A stretch of DNA of 63,673 bases, the filler included, from Nemertoderma westbladi (lineage: Eukaryota > Animalia > Xenacoelomorpha): assembly GCA_032718475.1 (NCBI GenBank). It is 4 parts of 4 records of this genome, joined end to end, with 100 filler letters (N's around TTAATTAATTAA, not from the genome) between each part and the next. Parts side by side here need not be neighbours in the genome. Positions count along the whole stretch, not along the records: positions 21,416 to 40,875 come from JAUCBJ010005567.1; positions 40,976 to 55,702 come from JAUCBJ010004240.1; 2 more parts are not named here. One strand, given 5' to 3'. The first letter of the stretch is position 1, and the number at the start of each line of letters is the position of its first letter. Shown here one piece after another: positions 33,761 through 45,729 of the stretch. The notes under the pieces were generated by a model. That model saw only the letters and a program-made list of their open reading frames with translations. It searched no databases and was not told the origin of the DNA. Position numbers and translations under genes: made by a program.

Positions 33761-34409
33761 ATGTAATATAATATATGATAATAATAGCCTTATAATAATT
33801 ATATAAGTAAACCACGTATGTATATTATAAAGTACGTACCGTAGTCAAGCACAACCTTTTCCAATTAGCTACTGGGACTGGGGACTAATCGACCATGGTA
33901 CTGTAAGTCACGGACGAGACGCTGACGACATCATACTTCTTGAGTGCGACGGCACGAAAGGGGGGTGAGGCTCGTCAGAAATGAGAGGGTGAGATAGGGC
34001 GAGATACGAGTAATAGAGTGTGGAGTGCGGAGTGTGGAGAGAGTGTGGGCGCAATTCAAATGTGGGGGGGGGGGAAGTAAGAGGCGGGGTGAGGGACAAG
34101 GAGGTCCGAGAGCGTGTGAGGGCTAGGGTGAGAGTGGAGGAGAGTTAGGGCGAAAGTGTTGGGGAAACAAAAATTGTGTGAGAGAAGCGCACGATCAGCC
34201 CAACACGGGACACCACATGTCTTGGTACAAGATAGGTAGAGTTGTACCAAGATGGGGTAGCATTATCATACCCATAGGGAGCGGCCTGGAAAGCCGACCC
34301 CAGGAAAATAGGCCCACCCCACACCCGATACTAGATCGGGATCCAGCGGAATTGTAGCGCACTAGAGGTGGATGCTATCTTCTCACCGGGAAGATAGCAT
34401 GGGGGGGAG

Positions 34410-34976
34410 TGTTAGCTTATCCAATTCCGCTAACCAACCCATAAAGTGAGGTTTTAAGCAATATTGGGGAACACGAGGGTGATCAATCAACCTCGTGTTA
34501 CCCCAACAAAGTGGGAGGGAGAAACATACGCACAATAGAGGTCAGGGGTTACACCCCTGAGAGAGAGAGAATAGCAGGGGCGAAGGGAAACACTTCAGGG
34601 GAGGTGAAAGGGCGACAACAGGGTTATTAACCAATGGGGGGAAGGCACCGGCTGAGTAACGTAACAATGGCCAACCGTGCAGTATACATTATCAGTACAG
34701 TGTATCAATTAGTCAGTGTGTCATTTTAGTCAGTGTATAGTTAGGTTAGTTTAGCTAGGGAAGTACCGGGACTTTAATTACCGTCCTCAATACCCGTCTT
34801 CCGTTTACTATCAACATTGTGTATCATTTATCTATATCAGCTATATTTCATCTTATATTATATTATACCCGGGAAGCTATATACAACGATCAATAAACTC
34901 TTTCACCTTTCACACACGGCGGGGACGCGTGGATTGAAAACCGGATAAACCGGGATCCTTCGTGGATCCCGTCACA
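34410..34976 (+). repeat. Element A 3' LTR
   Basis: Direct repeat of 23904-24470. Confidence 0.97.
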
Positions 34977-35941
34977 AAAGGAGAAGGTCCGTTACGTGGT
35001 CCGATTTTTTGTCACATACGTGACATTCGGTAAATGATTAATTTAATAGCATATAAATTGTCAAATATACTAATGATCGTAATGGCCCATAACTTTCCAC
35101 TTCGATCTGATTTCTCTTGCCGGACACCTCAATACCACCATTAAACGACTGTTACTTCAAATATCCAAGAATATGGACATAAAGTACGAAAAAAATATTT
35201 GTAAATTTCCAATATAGGACAAAAAAATTTTCTCAATTTTTGCATTCCGGAACTTTTCTCTCATTAACGGCCAAGAAATTTTTAGGGCACTTTCTGGTTT
35301 CATATGCAGAAATTATCGCTCTTTCTAACCATCAATATGGCAAATTCTTAAAGTTAATTTCAAAATTCAACAAATTTCAAAAACAATATTGGTCAATATG
35401 GTTGGCATTGACCCATATACTATATTTATTGTAAAATTGAAGATATAGTAATTTATATGCAATGCCTATGAATAATAATAATACTAGTGCATGAATATTC
35501 ACACTTAAACAGTTAAATAAAATGTTCTAGAACATGGTGTATTTATTAAATCGAATAAATGGGCTGCAGCGTCAAACATGCAACATTACAAATTATTTCA
35601 TGCGCATATATTCTAAATAATATTATAAATTTGCTGTGAAAATAATGTAAAAGAAGGAAAAGAATGGTGAGAACAATGTTGTTGATTATTTAATGTCTTT
35701 TCTATGGAAGGAATTAATGGTAGGTTTGAATTATCATACCAAATTTCGTTGCATATGGTTGAAATTATAAAATATTAGGGGGGGGGGGGGGCTCCGACTT
35801 GATAAAAATGGTTGTTGTATTGGGAGATGGTGTATAAATAAAATGTTCCCGAATAATGGTGTATTTAAATAGGTGCTCATAAAACAGGTGCTCACAAAAC
35901 ACTACTAATATGCTAAAATATACTAATATGGCACTAACTTA

Positions 35942-36157
35942 GGCCGCGTTCACACTACCGAGTCAAAGTCAAAGTCAAAAGAAAATAAATATAGCTAGCT
36001 AGCAATAATAAATAATAATACATTAATTATATAGGCCTAATATAATACATAATTGTTACTATCAATAATACATAATGGCGTTCTAGAAAAAAATCATTTT
36101 CTTGTTATTTTTTTACATTTTGTCTTTTAACTTTGACTCGGTAGTGTGAACGCGGCC
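35942..36157. mobile_element. PIF/Harbinger-type MITE
   Basis: Perfect TIR GGCCGCGTTCACACTACCGAGTCAAAGT; flanks TTA / TAA. Confidence 0.9.
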
Positions 36158-36536
36158 TAACGTTGAACAATATTAAGGACTTCGAGAACATATAGCATAT
36201 ACTCAAGTACAGTATTATGAATAAATACGATGAAGTTCTAGATGTCCTTGATAACATTTTAAAGCATGACATATCTGGCGCTAATTTTTTTAGAGCTTTT
36301 TCTAACGAAAATGGTGCTTTATTGACTCTCAAAACCAACTTTTTCAATAATTCTGATGGTGTTATTATGGTAATATTTTATAGAACAAAAAATATAACAT
36401 GCAGTAGGCCTACTTGTAGGGCAACTGATATTTTGATATACTTACTTACACATTTTATAATACAGTTATTATTGCTGTATTATTAGGCCTAGGTACAGTA
36501 TGTTAGTAGGGTAGAACCAAGTCACAATAACTGGCC

Positions 36537-37516
36537 ATGAGGTTCCAATTGCAGGAGTTGATAGAAAAAGTGAAGGATTTGGAAGATGCCGTTGATGGTA
36601 AGCAAGATGAGATTAAACGTCTGGAGGACTACAAGTCAAAATTACATAAAGGCAATATAGAGCAGGAAAATGAATTACAGGTCAAACGAAAAGTTGGTTA
36701 CCAGTTGGAAAATGATAATAATACATTGTTTCGTAGAATTAAAGAAGAACAGGATCTTCTACAAGAGAGACAACAGAAAGTTTGTGATCTGCAATCTGCA
36801 CTTGATGGAATAGCGGGCGAGAGTGAAAAGCAAAATGCACTTCTTGCTAAAAAGAGGGCGGATGGTTTGATAGAACAAGAAAAGAGAACGAAACTTGTGG
36901 AAGAAAACTTACGGGAAGAAAACGAGATAGCTAGACGATTGATTATTAAACAGGAACTTCAGCAACAAAATGAAAGTATTATAACGCAATGCGAAGAAGA
37001 AGAACGAAAGATCGATTTAAGAAGGAAGGTGAGTGAAGACTTAGAAAATATAAATTCAACATTAAGAGAAAACAATGATTTGGAAGAAGATCGTCTTCAA
37101 CAATTGCTCCAAGAAATAGAGGAACTTGAAGAAAGAAAGAATTTCATTGAGGATAATATTTCCCAGAAAAATGATGAGGCGAAAAATATTGAAATTGCAA
37201 CAAAAATCGATATTCCTACTGCAGAAGAAAACACTACCTATCAGCAAAAAACATATAAACTTGTGAACGCAATATATATTCTTGAAGATACTTTGCAACA
37301 AATGAAAATAACTCAAGTGAAGACTGGGGAGAATATGGCTGTATACCGGGGTACTTTAAATGAACTTGATAAGTTTCTAAATGAGTTAAAAGGCGCATGT
37401 CTTGTAGTAGCATCCGAAAATGAGTCATTGAAAGATCAGCTTCAAGAAACAATGCGTGTTTGTGATAATCGCGACGATGAAATCGAACAACATGTCCAGA
37501 ATAAAATTCAAGCAAG
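36537..37516 (+). CDS. Coiled-coil protein, large exon (host gene, unidentified)
   Basis: ~326 codons of heptad E/K/Q/L-rich sequence ending at AAG/GTGAAT donor (phase 2). Confidence 0.7.
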
Positions 37517-37539
37517 GTGAATTCCCGCCTAGGCTGGTT

Positions 37540-38500
37540 CTATTTTGCGCATAGGCCTACACTAATTCCGTTTTGCGCCTACACTAATTCCGTTTTGCGC
37601 CTACACTAATTCCGTTTTGCGCCTACACCAATTCCGTTTTGCGACTACACTAATTCCGTTTTGCGCCTACACTAATTCCGTTTTGCTCCTACACTAATTC
37701 CGTTTTGCGACTACACTAATTCCGTTTTGCGCCTACACTAGTTCCGTTTTGCGCCTACACTAATTCCGTTTCGCGTCTACACTAATTCCGTTTTGCGCCT
37801 ACACTGATTCCTTTTTGCGCCTACACTAATTCCGTTTCGCACCTACACTAATTCCGTTTTGCGCCTACACTAATTCCGTTTTGCGCCTACACTAATTCCG
37901 TTTTGCGCCTACACTAATTCCGTTTTGCGCCTACACTAATTCCGTTTTGCGCCTACACTAATTCCGTTTCGCGCCTACACTAATTCCGTTTTGCTCCTAC
38001 ACTAATTCCGTTTTGCGCCTACACTATTTCCGTTTTGCGCTTACACTAGTTCCGTTTTGCGCCTACACTTATACCGATATGCTCCTACACTAATTCCGTT
38101 TTGCGCCTACACTATTTCCGTTTTGCGCTCTACACTTGTACCATATGCGCCTACACTAGTTCCGTTTTGCGTCTACACTAATTCCGTTTTGCGCCTACAC
38201 TAGTTCCGTTTTGCGTCTACACTAGTTCCGTTTTGCGCTCTACACTAATTCCGTTTTGCGCCTACACTAATTCCGTTTTGCGCCTACACTTGTACCATAT
38301 GCGCCTGCACTTGTTCCGTTTTGCGTCTACACTAGTTCCGTTTTGCGTCTACACTAATTCCGTTTTGCGCCTACACTAATTCCGTTTTGCGCCTACACTA
38401 ATTCCGCTTTGCGCCTACACTTGTACCATATGCGCCTGCACTTGTTCCGTTTTGCGCCTACACTTGTACCATATGCGCCTACACTAGTTCCGTATGCACC
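37540..38500. repeat. 22-bp intronic minisatellite, ~40+ copies
   Basis: Unit actaattccgttttgcgcctac, with cttgtaccatatg variants at the 3' end. Confidence 0.97.
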
Positions 38501-38518
38501 TGCTGTTATAGATAAGAT

Positions 38519-38676
38519 ATGCAACTTACTGTAAGTCTGCCGGATTCAATAGAAGTGGATTAGGTGGGAGAGCAAGTGTCACGGACAAGTGGCTGAACTG
38601 GTTAGCGCTCCTAATGAGGCCTGAAAGGCCGAAACGTACGTATAGCGCTGGTTCAACCCCCGGCGACGTGCTTCCT
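38519..38676 (+). mobile_element. SINE/retrozyme-like repeat with Pol III boxes and hammerhead motif
   Basis: A box TGGCTGAACTGG, B box GGTTCAACCCC; homologous copy at 41228-41348 (-). Confidence 0.7.
38604..38649 (+). ncRNA. Type I minimal hammerhead ribozyme motif (core variant CUAAUGA, probably inactive)
   Basis: agcgct-c-CTAATGA-ggcc tgaaa ggcc-GAAA-c gtac g-TA-t-agcgct. Confidence 0.78.
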
Positions 38677-38786
38677 CATTTTTTCAATTTCTGAACAAAA
38701 CCTTTATATTATCACTAGTTCCATAGCGCCTACATAAGTTTATTGTTATTAAACATTATGCATCTCTGGTTATTTTCTATTATCAG

Positions 38787-39307
38787 GTATGAACTAAAAT
38801 TGGTCCATGATAGCCAAGCCACGTTGCAATTGCAATTACAATCTTTGGTGAATCTCACCGGGCAGCTGGCCAATGAAAGCGGTAAAGATATCAGCGAACG
38901 TCTAAAGGAAATCATGTCCATGTGCAAAGAAGATGAGCCTGATGGCACTTCCCTGTCTCACGATTCTAATATAGGTGAATCTGCACCTACACAATTAATA
39001 CCCTCGGCACCTTCACCCCTGCCGGATCCAGCTTCGTGTGACACGCTCTTTGAACCATTTGCTCCCCCCGAAATGATAAATCATGATGAATTTACCGTAC
39101 ACTTGCAGACAGAAGTAATATATAACGAATTGTACGCGAGCCCCTCTTTGGTTGAGCAGATGATGAACATGTTTGGATGCCAGAATATGCCTGCAAATGA
39201 ATCCAACAATATGCCAGCGTTTGACACCGATGAAAACCTTCAGATTGCACCGACGCTCACAGCTAATAAGGATCAAACGACTGATGCTGTCGTAGATAAT
39301 ATATCAG
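38787..39307 (+). CDS. Next exon of the coiled-coil gene
   Basis: ttttctattatcAG acceptor restores the frame (AG+G = Arg, then YELKLVHD); CAG/GTACAT donor at 39308. Confidence 0.62.
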
Positions 39308-39496
39308 GTACATGTAATAATATGTTGTACTGGAGAACCAGACCAACGGTTTCTAGCATTATACAGTATGTACAGACTGTAGAACACGCAGTGGTGCTAA
39401 TTTGCGTTCTATCTGGTAAACTGTGTCAAATTTTGGACCTTCGTAACCTTACATCGACTGTACTGTTAGTAGTTACTATACTGTAGTTTGTTTACT

Positions 39497-40875
39497 ATAC
39501 TATATCCGTGTCTCCTACCTGTACTATATCCGTGTCTCCTACCTGTACTATATCCGTGTCTCCTACCTGTACTATACCCGTGTCTCCTACCTGTACTATA
39601 TTCGTGTCTCCTACCTGTACTATATCCGTATCTCCTACCTGTACTATATCCGTGTCTCCTACCTGTACTATATCCGTGTCTCCTACCTATACTATATCCG
39701 TGTCTCCTACCTGTACTATATCCGTCTCTCCTACCTGTACTATATCCGTGTCTCCTACCTGTACTATATCCGTGTCTCCTACCTATACTATATCCGTGTC
39801 TCCTACCTGTACTATATCCGTCTCTCCTACCTGTACTATATCCGTGTCTCCTACCTGTACTATATCCGTGTCTCCTACCTATACTATATCCGTGTCTCCT
39901 ACCTGTACTATATCCGTGTCTCCTACCTGTACTATATCCGTGTCTCCTACCTGTACTATATCCGTGTCTCCTACCTATACTATATCCGTGTCTCCTACCT
40001 GTACTATATCCGTCTCTCCTACCTGTACTATATCCGTGTCTCCTACCTGTACTATATCCGTGTCTCCTACCTATACTATATCCGTGTCTCCTACCTGTAC
40101 TATATCCGTGTCACCTGTACTATATCCGTGTCTCCTACCTGTACTATATCCGTGTCTCCTACCTGTACTATATCCGTGTTTCCTACCTGTACTATACCCG
40201 TGTCTCCTACCTGTACTATATCCGTGTCTCTTACCTGTACTATATCCGTGTCTCCTACCTGTACTATATCCGTGTCTCCTACCTATACTATATCCGTGTC
40301 TCCTACCTGTACTATATCCGTGTTTCCTACCTGTACTATACCCGTGTCTCCTACCTGTACTATATCCGTGTCTCCTACCTGTACTATATCCGTGTCGCCT
40401 GTACTATATCCGTGTTTCCTACCTGTACTATATTCGTGTCTCCTACCTGTACTATATCCGTGTCACCTGTACTATATCCGTGTCTCCTACCTGTACTATA
40501 TCCGTGTCTCCTACCTATACTATATCCGTGTCTCCTACCTGTACTATATCCGTGTCTCCTACCTGTACTATATCCGTGTCTCCTACCTGTACTATATCCG
40601 TGTCGCCTGTACTATATCCGTGTCTCCTACCTATACTATATCCGTGTCTCCTACCTGTACTATATCCGTCTCTCCTACCTGTACTATATCCGTGTCTCCT
40701 ACCTGTACTATATCCGTGTCTCCTACCTGTACTATATCCGTGTCTCCTACCTGTACTATATCCGTGTCGCCTGTACTATATACGTGTTTCCTACCTGTAC
40801 TATATTCGTGTCTCCTACCTGTACTATATCCGTGTCACCTGTACTATATCCGTGTCTCCTACCTGTACTATATCC
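39497..40875. repeat. 24-bp minisatellite, >55 copies, runs into gap
   Basis: Unit tactatatccgtgtctcctacctg with 20-bp deletion variants. Confidence 0.98.
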
Positions 40876-40975
40876 NNNNNNNNNNNNNNNNNNNNNNNNN
40901 NNNNNNNNNNNNNNNNNNNTTAATTAATTAANNNNNNNNNNNNNNNNNNNNNNNNNNNNNNNNNNNNNNNNNNNN
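40876..40975. other. Assembly gap with artificial linker
   Basis: N44-TTAATTAATTAA-N44. Confidence 0.97.
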
Positions 40976-41227
40976 TATCCCGCCTCAATGTTAAATTCTC
41001 AATTCAGGGAAAGGAGCAGGTTACAGTGGCACGCTATTTTAACCACAACAATAAACTAAATACAATATAATAGGTTACAGTTTTATTTTTGAGAGTAATC
41101 AGCTGTTATTTGCGTCGAATTTCCCCTGGAGAGGTTTGGATTTTTATTGCGTCCAGTTTCCCCCCTATCGAGACAAAATACAAGGACATAATTTGGATAT
41201 TATAATATAATTTTGTTCAGAAGTGGA

Positions 41228-41348
41228 AGAAGCACGTAACCGGTGGTTGAACCAGACGTTTCGACCCATCAGGCGGCCCCATCTGTAGCCGTAACTATTG
41301 CCCTCCTATTTAATTCACTTCTATTGATCAGGCAGTCTTAATTTGCAT
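41228..41348 (-). mobile_element. Second, degenerate copy of the hammerhead-containing SINE-like repeat
   Basis: Minus strand: ATGCAAAT.taagactgcc.gatcaatagaagtg..gcCTGATGggtcGAAACGTCtggttcaaccaccggttacgtgcttc. Confidence 0.68.
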
Positions 41349-41961
41349 AATTTATTACAGTTGCATTAACAACTCAACTCCAATTCATTTCATAATAGGG
41401 ATTATGTAATAACATGTGACAAATTTTAAATAAATTAGTATTATAGTAGTCTACTGTATTAATTTAAATATTGGTGTACATTTTCTGAATCTGCTTTTCT
41501 TTCTTGGTTCAAAAACAAAACGTGGCAAATTCTGTGGAATACCCTGTTCTGTTGCTGCATCGAGAGTTTAGATTCGTCGAAAATTAAAAAAATATGTTAT
41601 CCCTATGGCAGAAAAAAATGGGATTAAGTTAAGTAGTACATTATTTATAAAAATATAAATATATTGTATACAAAATCTTGAAAGCTTTTCAAATACAAAA
41701 CTTAAAATGAATTGATTAGGAATTCGATATGGAGAATTTGAAAGAAAATAAATTCTGGTGCTGTGTCTACAATTTGTAAATATGAGGGGCGGGGGGAGTG
41801 TAATAAATTACTAAAATTGCGTGGCGTAACTATTATGTAAACATTACAAAAAACATAAAAAAATATGCACAAAAAGTTACTTTTTAAAACTGGTCTCATT
41901 CAATTTCGCTTGAAAATAAATCCAAATAAAAAATAAATAATTGGCCGCATTATGAGACGTT

Positions 41962-44900
41962 CTATAGAGTAGAAACTGTGAGTGGCAAAGATGAGTATAT
42001 TGGGTAGCCGAGAGGAGGGTCGGCTGCCTGGACGCAGAGATTCCGGAGTAATTGGGGGTGAGCCTGTATGGAGTAGCGTTCCTCGTCGTCGTTGGTCATG
42101 TAGAACAGTTCGGCAGACAGAGAGGCCCAAATGGATCGAACGGCTTGCTGGTTGAGTTGGGACGCGTGCACCACGGTTGGTACCAGAGTCAGGGAATGCG
42201 ACGTGTAGACGGACCCGTCGCTGCCCAGACTGTAGAGTCGCGAACGATCGGCGGTCACCGCCCTAGCCCATTCCGACGATTCGTCGCAACCTATGTACCA
42301 ATCCCTATCGTATTCCAATAGAGTTTCCAGGAGTTCAGAATCGTCAGAGGATTCCCCGAGAAGCACATTATCGATTGCGACTTTGAAGGCGTAGCGGTAG
42401 GACTTGGTTAGCAAGGAATGAAGGTGCGAGCCGCGCGGGTGGGAGTTCAGAGCGCTTAGTTGTGGAGAACGAGGGAATTTATCGGAGAAACACGATAGAA
42501 TCTGCGACGGGCTGTCTGGTAACCCGTAATTAGCAACGCCGTTTAGGAAACTAACCAGTTTCTCGTAAGATTTCTCCAGAGTCGATATGTTTGATTCGGT
42601 TAAATTATCCGAGGGAAGATGGTGTTTGAGAAGAGTTCGGTACCACGAGGTAGGAGGTAAATTATCGGAAGAGTTCGAACTCAAATTGAGCCACGATTTA
42701 GGAGGTAAAAGATTATGCAGTTTACTATGTGCATCAGTTGATTGCCCCTTGATACCTTCACCCTGACTATCGACAAATTCGGCGGGATCATTCATGTTAA
42801 TTTTTCTAGAACCCCGGGATATGGGTTTGGATGATGAAAGTGAATGATTAGATAACAGGTCGGATGATCCTTTAGGCTTATCAGATTCCACCAAGGCTAT
42901 ACTACCAGTGCTAACCTTCCCAACGGGAATTGAAGCACCGGTACTTTTAGCAGAACCGGTAACGACCTTCTTAGTTTCTAGAGAATCACACAAACCATTA
43001 AGCAGGTCGTCTATATCGTCTTCTTCCGAAAAGGCACCAACGGAAGTAAAACTCATCTTAGTTACCGATGATCTAGCAGGCTCCCTGGATCCTAAATAAG
43101 TTGTATTAAATCCGTGATAGTTGGGAGCTTTCTTAGGGGCATCATCAGAGGCAGTTGAATCGGCAAAACTCCTCAAAGACACATTATCTACGCCATCAGC
43201 GGGGTCGAATAAATCCGTGCTGGAGGGCTCCTTATTAAAGACACTCGTACCATTAATATTGTTATTGTTGCTTTTTAATTTTACGCTATTTTTACTCCAA
43301 CCCGAAGCCAATGCGGGTTTATTAATAACGGCAACGGGGTCTATTAACGTATCGCTGTTGTCTGCGGCCGAATTCATTAGCATCCAGACTATAATTCTGG
43401 ATAGAGATTGTCTCAACATGCGCCCGAACTCAGGGCTGTCGATAACTCCAGTTAGCTGAGTTCGAGATTTAGAATATGCGGTTAAATACAATCCGTCCTT
43501 CTGATTGTATATTGATAAAGTACCTGGAGTTTTACAATATTCCAATCGCCCATTGTCGTTGTAAACTTCTTCAAATGTTTCATCTATATGAAGAGCTTCA
43601 ACTGTATGGCAACTCGTCTCTTTCATTTCTAGACCTTTAATGCTGACCTTCAGGTAAGTGAAGCCACGTTCTAGAACAGTAACCCAAATAATCATATCGG
43701 CATAACGGAGTAAGAACTGGTTACCCGGGTGAGGACTTCCGAGACTGCCCTTAGAGAAAGCGTCATGCAAGGCGTGCAAAATGCTAGGGGTTAGATGGGC
43801 ATAATAGGCTGAATCGTCATGGGCACAACGCCCAGAGCCAACAGAGTTGGGCCAGAAACGCAATGGGCGGGGAAAGGAAGTTACGAACAACGGGAGAGTA
43901 AACAAAGGAATGAGAGGAGCGGAGAGCATAGTAGATAGAACGAGGAAGGTTAATGGAACAAAGAAACACAGACTGTTAAACATAAAGATGGGGACAGTGA
44001 ATTTATGGCGTTGTTTGGGGTCCTTTAAGTAGTGATAAATTAATATAATAATAAAGTGAACATTTCTTATCAATTCAACTAATTTTATATAAATTATACT
44101 AATGAGTAGCAATTTAACAGAAGGATGAATGTTAACCCAGTAAGGTTCAGTAACTAATGAATTAATTAGGGTAAGAAGACCAACATGTAGTAGGGCATGT
44201 TGGGTGGATTGCCAAACGGACCGAGAAGCGCGAGTGATTGTGAAAGCAATGAAGAGGTAGGTGTTAGAGGTAGAAGGGTGGGAATCCAGAAGAGTTTGAG
44301 AGATGTAAGCTGTTAGCAGCAAAGGGGATGCGAAATTAAGTAAGAGGCGATGGATCCAACCGAATGGGGAGAGTCGATGTTTGGCTGCGAGGAATAGCGA
44401 TGGGTTTAGGGATAGTTTGGGGTATAAAGGGTTGCGAATGAGGCTGCCGAAGATAAATAGTTGTTGGATGCTTGAGAGAAAATGTAGGACTAACCAGATA
44501 GCCAGTGATACCCACCCTAAAGGTTCAATAACTCCTGGTGAAGGATAGTAAATACTTATAGTATTCATAGAACTGCAGAAAATAATTCCCAAGCCGACAA
44601 CAAGGCAGAAGTAACCTATGGACCATGTATGTCCATAGTAGCGGTTTTCTTTAGGTACAATGTGGCCAAGAGACTGAACGCGGGACCTCCGAAAGCGTCT
44701 TCTAAGAGCCGAGTAGGCAGTAAACGATAAGCCAAATATATCCATGCTGAGGAAGCAGCCAGTAACATTGCTAAATATAGTCGTGTAAGGATGCGGAATA
44801 AAGTGAGTTGCAATTGCACAAGCGGATGAGATAATTACCATTGCGAATAATCTGAGGTTGGTTGCCATAGGGGAACCACCAAGGAATAAGGTTAGGTACT

Positions 44901-45729
44901 GCTCGGATAACCAAATGAGAAGGCAGTCCACTGGGGGTAGAATTCCGAGATTCCATAGCAACGGTAGAAGAGGGAAAACACAATGTAGGTAGTAATTGGC
45001 AGCTGAGTTTATACCTTGTAAGTGGAAGAGGATTATGTGAGCAGTGAGAAAAACAGCGGAGTAGAAACCGCGAGTTAGAGTCGACAAGTCGTAAGCGTCT
45101 TCATTCTGGTATGTAGCAGTCTCCGCAGGTGGTCTGCCGACCAACGGATAGAGTGATAAAGCCAGAACAATCCAACCTAGAATGTATATAACCAATGGGC
45201 CGGTGGATAGTGGGGATTGAGATTGGATAATTTGGGAGACAACAGAAGGGCATAAAAACCATAACCCAACGCCGCAGAGATAGGAATATAACATAGAGTG
45301 CAGCAATATATTAGGTGAAAATGATTTAGCAGGAATCACAAAGTCCCAGGTTTCTTTGTAAAAAAATCCCGCGAATACTATTTCATCTTCTTCAGAGAGG
45401 ATATTATTTCCGCGCGAGGTATCTAACTCGCATTTTCCCTTCTTTCTAACATATAAAGATATAATTTGTAAGGAAATAACAATAACAAAGGCAAATGCGG
45501 CAAATATAATACAAGATGTTTGTAGATTAGCGATATTAAATTCGATCAATACGACGAAAATGACGGATAACAGAATAGGAAAAGCCCATAAACTCAGTTG
45601 GAATAGAGGAATGTATAGCGGTACAATGTAGCCCAGACGAAGTTTGGGGCCGCCCAATAACGTCTGAGGAATTCTTCTCTTGAGAAATTGTTTCTTATAA
45701 TCGTTTAACAACGGAGCGCTGGAGTACAT
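41962..45729 (-). CDS. PCNX4: Pecanex-like protein 4, 1255 aa, single coding exon
   Basis: N-terminal PLLNDYK..PQTLLGGPKLRLGY; many TM helices; FPRPLRFWP; KGLEMKETSCHTVEA; C-terminal TNDDEERYSIQAHPQLLRNL.VQAADPPLGYPIYSS. Confidence 0.95.
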   Translation of the reverse strand: MYSSAPLLNDYKKQFLKRRIPQTLLGGPKLRLGYIVPLYIPLFQLSLWAFPILLSVIFVVLIEFNIANLQTSCIIFAAFAFVIVISLQIISLYVRKKGKCELDTSRGNNILSEEDEIVFAGFFYKETWDFVIPAKSFSPNILLHSMLYSYLCGVGLWFLCPSVVSQIIQSQSPLSTGPLVIYILGWIVLALSLYPLVGRPPAETATYQNEDAYDLSTLTRGFYSAVFLTAHIILFHLQGINSAANYYLHCVFPLLPLLWNLGILPPVDCLLIWLSEQYLTLFLGGSPMATNLRLFAMVIISSACAIATHFIPHPYTTIFSNVTGCFLSMDIFGLSFTAYSALRRRFRRSRVQSLGHIVPKENRYYGHTWSIGYFCLVVGLGIIFCSSMNTISIYYPSPGVIEPLGWVSLAIWLVLHFLSSIQQLFIFGSLIRNPLYPKLSLNPSLFLAAKHRLSPFGWIHRLLLNFASPLLLTAYISQTLLDSHPSTSNTYLFIAFTITRASRSVWQSTQHALLHVGLLTLINSLVTEPYWVNIHPSVKLLLISIIYIKLVELIRNVHFIIILIYHYLKDPKQRHKFTVPIFMFNSLCFFVPLTFLVLSTMLSAPLIPLFTLPLFVTSFPRPLRFWPNSVGSGRCAHDDSAYYAHLTPSILHALHDAFSKGSLGSPHPGNQFLLRYADMIIWVTVLERGFTYLKVSIKGLEMKETSCHTVEALHIDETFEEVYNDNGRLEYCKTPGTLSIYNQKDGLYLTAYSKSRTQLTGVIDSPEFGRMLRQSLSRIIVWMLMNSAADNSDTLIDPVAVINKPALASGWSKNSVKLKSNNNNINGTSVFNKEPSSTDLFDPADGVDNVSLRSFADSTASDDAPKKAPNYHGFNTTYLGSREPARSSVTKMSFTSVGAFSEEDDIDDLLNGLCDSLETKKVVTGSAKSTGASIPVGKVSTGSIALVESDKPKGSSDLLSNHSLSSSKPISRGSRKINMNDPAEFVDSQGEGIKGQSTDAHSKLHNLLPPKSWLNLSSNSSDNLPPTSWYRTLLKHHLPSDNLTESNISTLEKSYEKLVSFLNGVANYGLPDSPSQILSCFSDKFPRSPQLSALNSHPRGSHLHSLLTKSYRYAFKVAIDNVLLGESSDDSELLETLLEYDRDWYIGCDESSEWARAVTADRSRLYSLGSDGSVYTSHSLTLVPTVVHASQLNQQAVRSIWASLSAELFYMTNDDEERYSIQAHPQLLRNLCVQAADPPLGYPIYSSLPLTVSTL

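Larger units (their letters stand above)
23904..34976 (+). mobile_element. Element A: full-length BEL/Pao LTR retrotransposon (defective)
   Basis: 567-bp LTRs (about 8 differences), TG..CA ends, TSD AAAGG (23899-23903, 34977-34981), PPT 34401-34409, gag-PR-RT-RH-IN order with YVDD. Confidence 0.97.

Noticed and set aside
36217-36486. Upstream exon of the coiled-coil gene
   Set aside because: Possible donor at 36370, but I found no in-frame acceptor before 36537; left unannotated
37540-38500. CRISPR-like regular repeats (also 4490-5084, 39497-40875, 54097-54458)
   Set aside because: Head-to-tail units with no unique spacers, no cas genes, eukaryotic context
38583-38670. tRNA gene
   Set aside because: Has A and B boxes but no cloverleaf or anticodon arm; the interior is a hammerhead motif
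39488-40931. Long ORFs of 479, 471 and 267 aa
   Set aside because: Translations of a stop-free 24-bp minisatellite, open in all three frames
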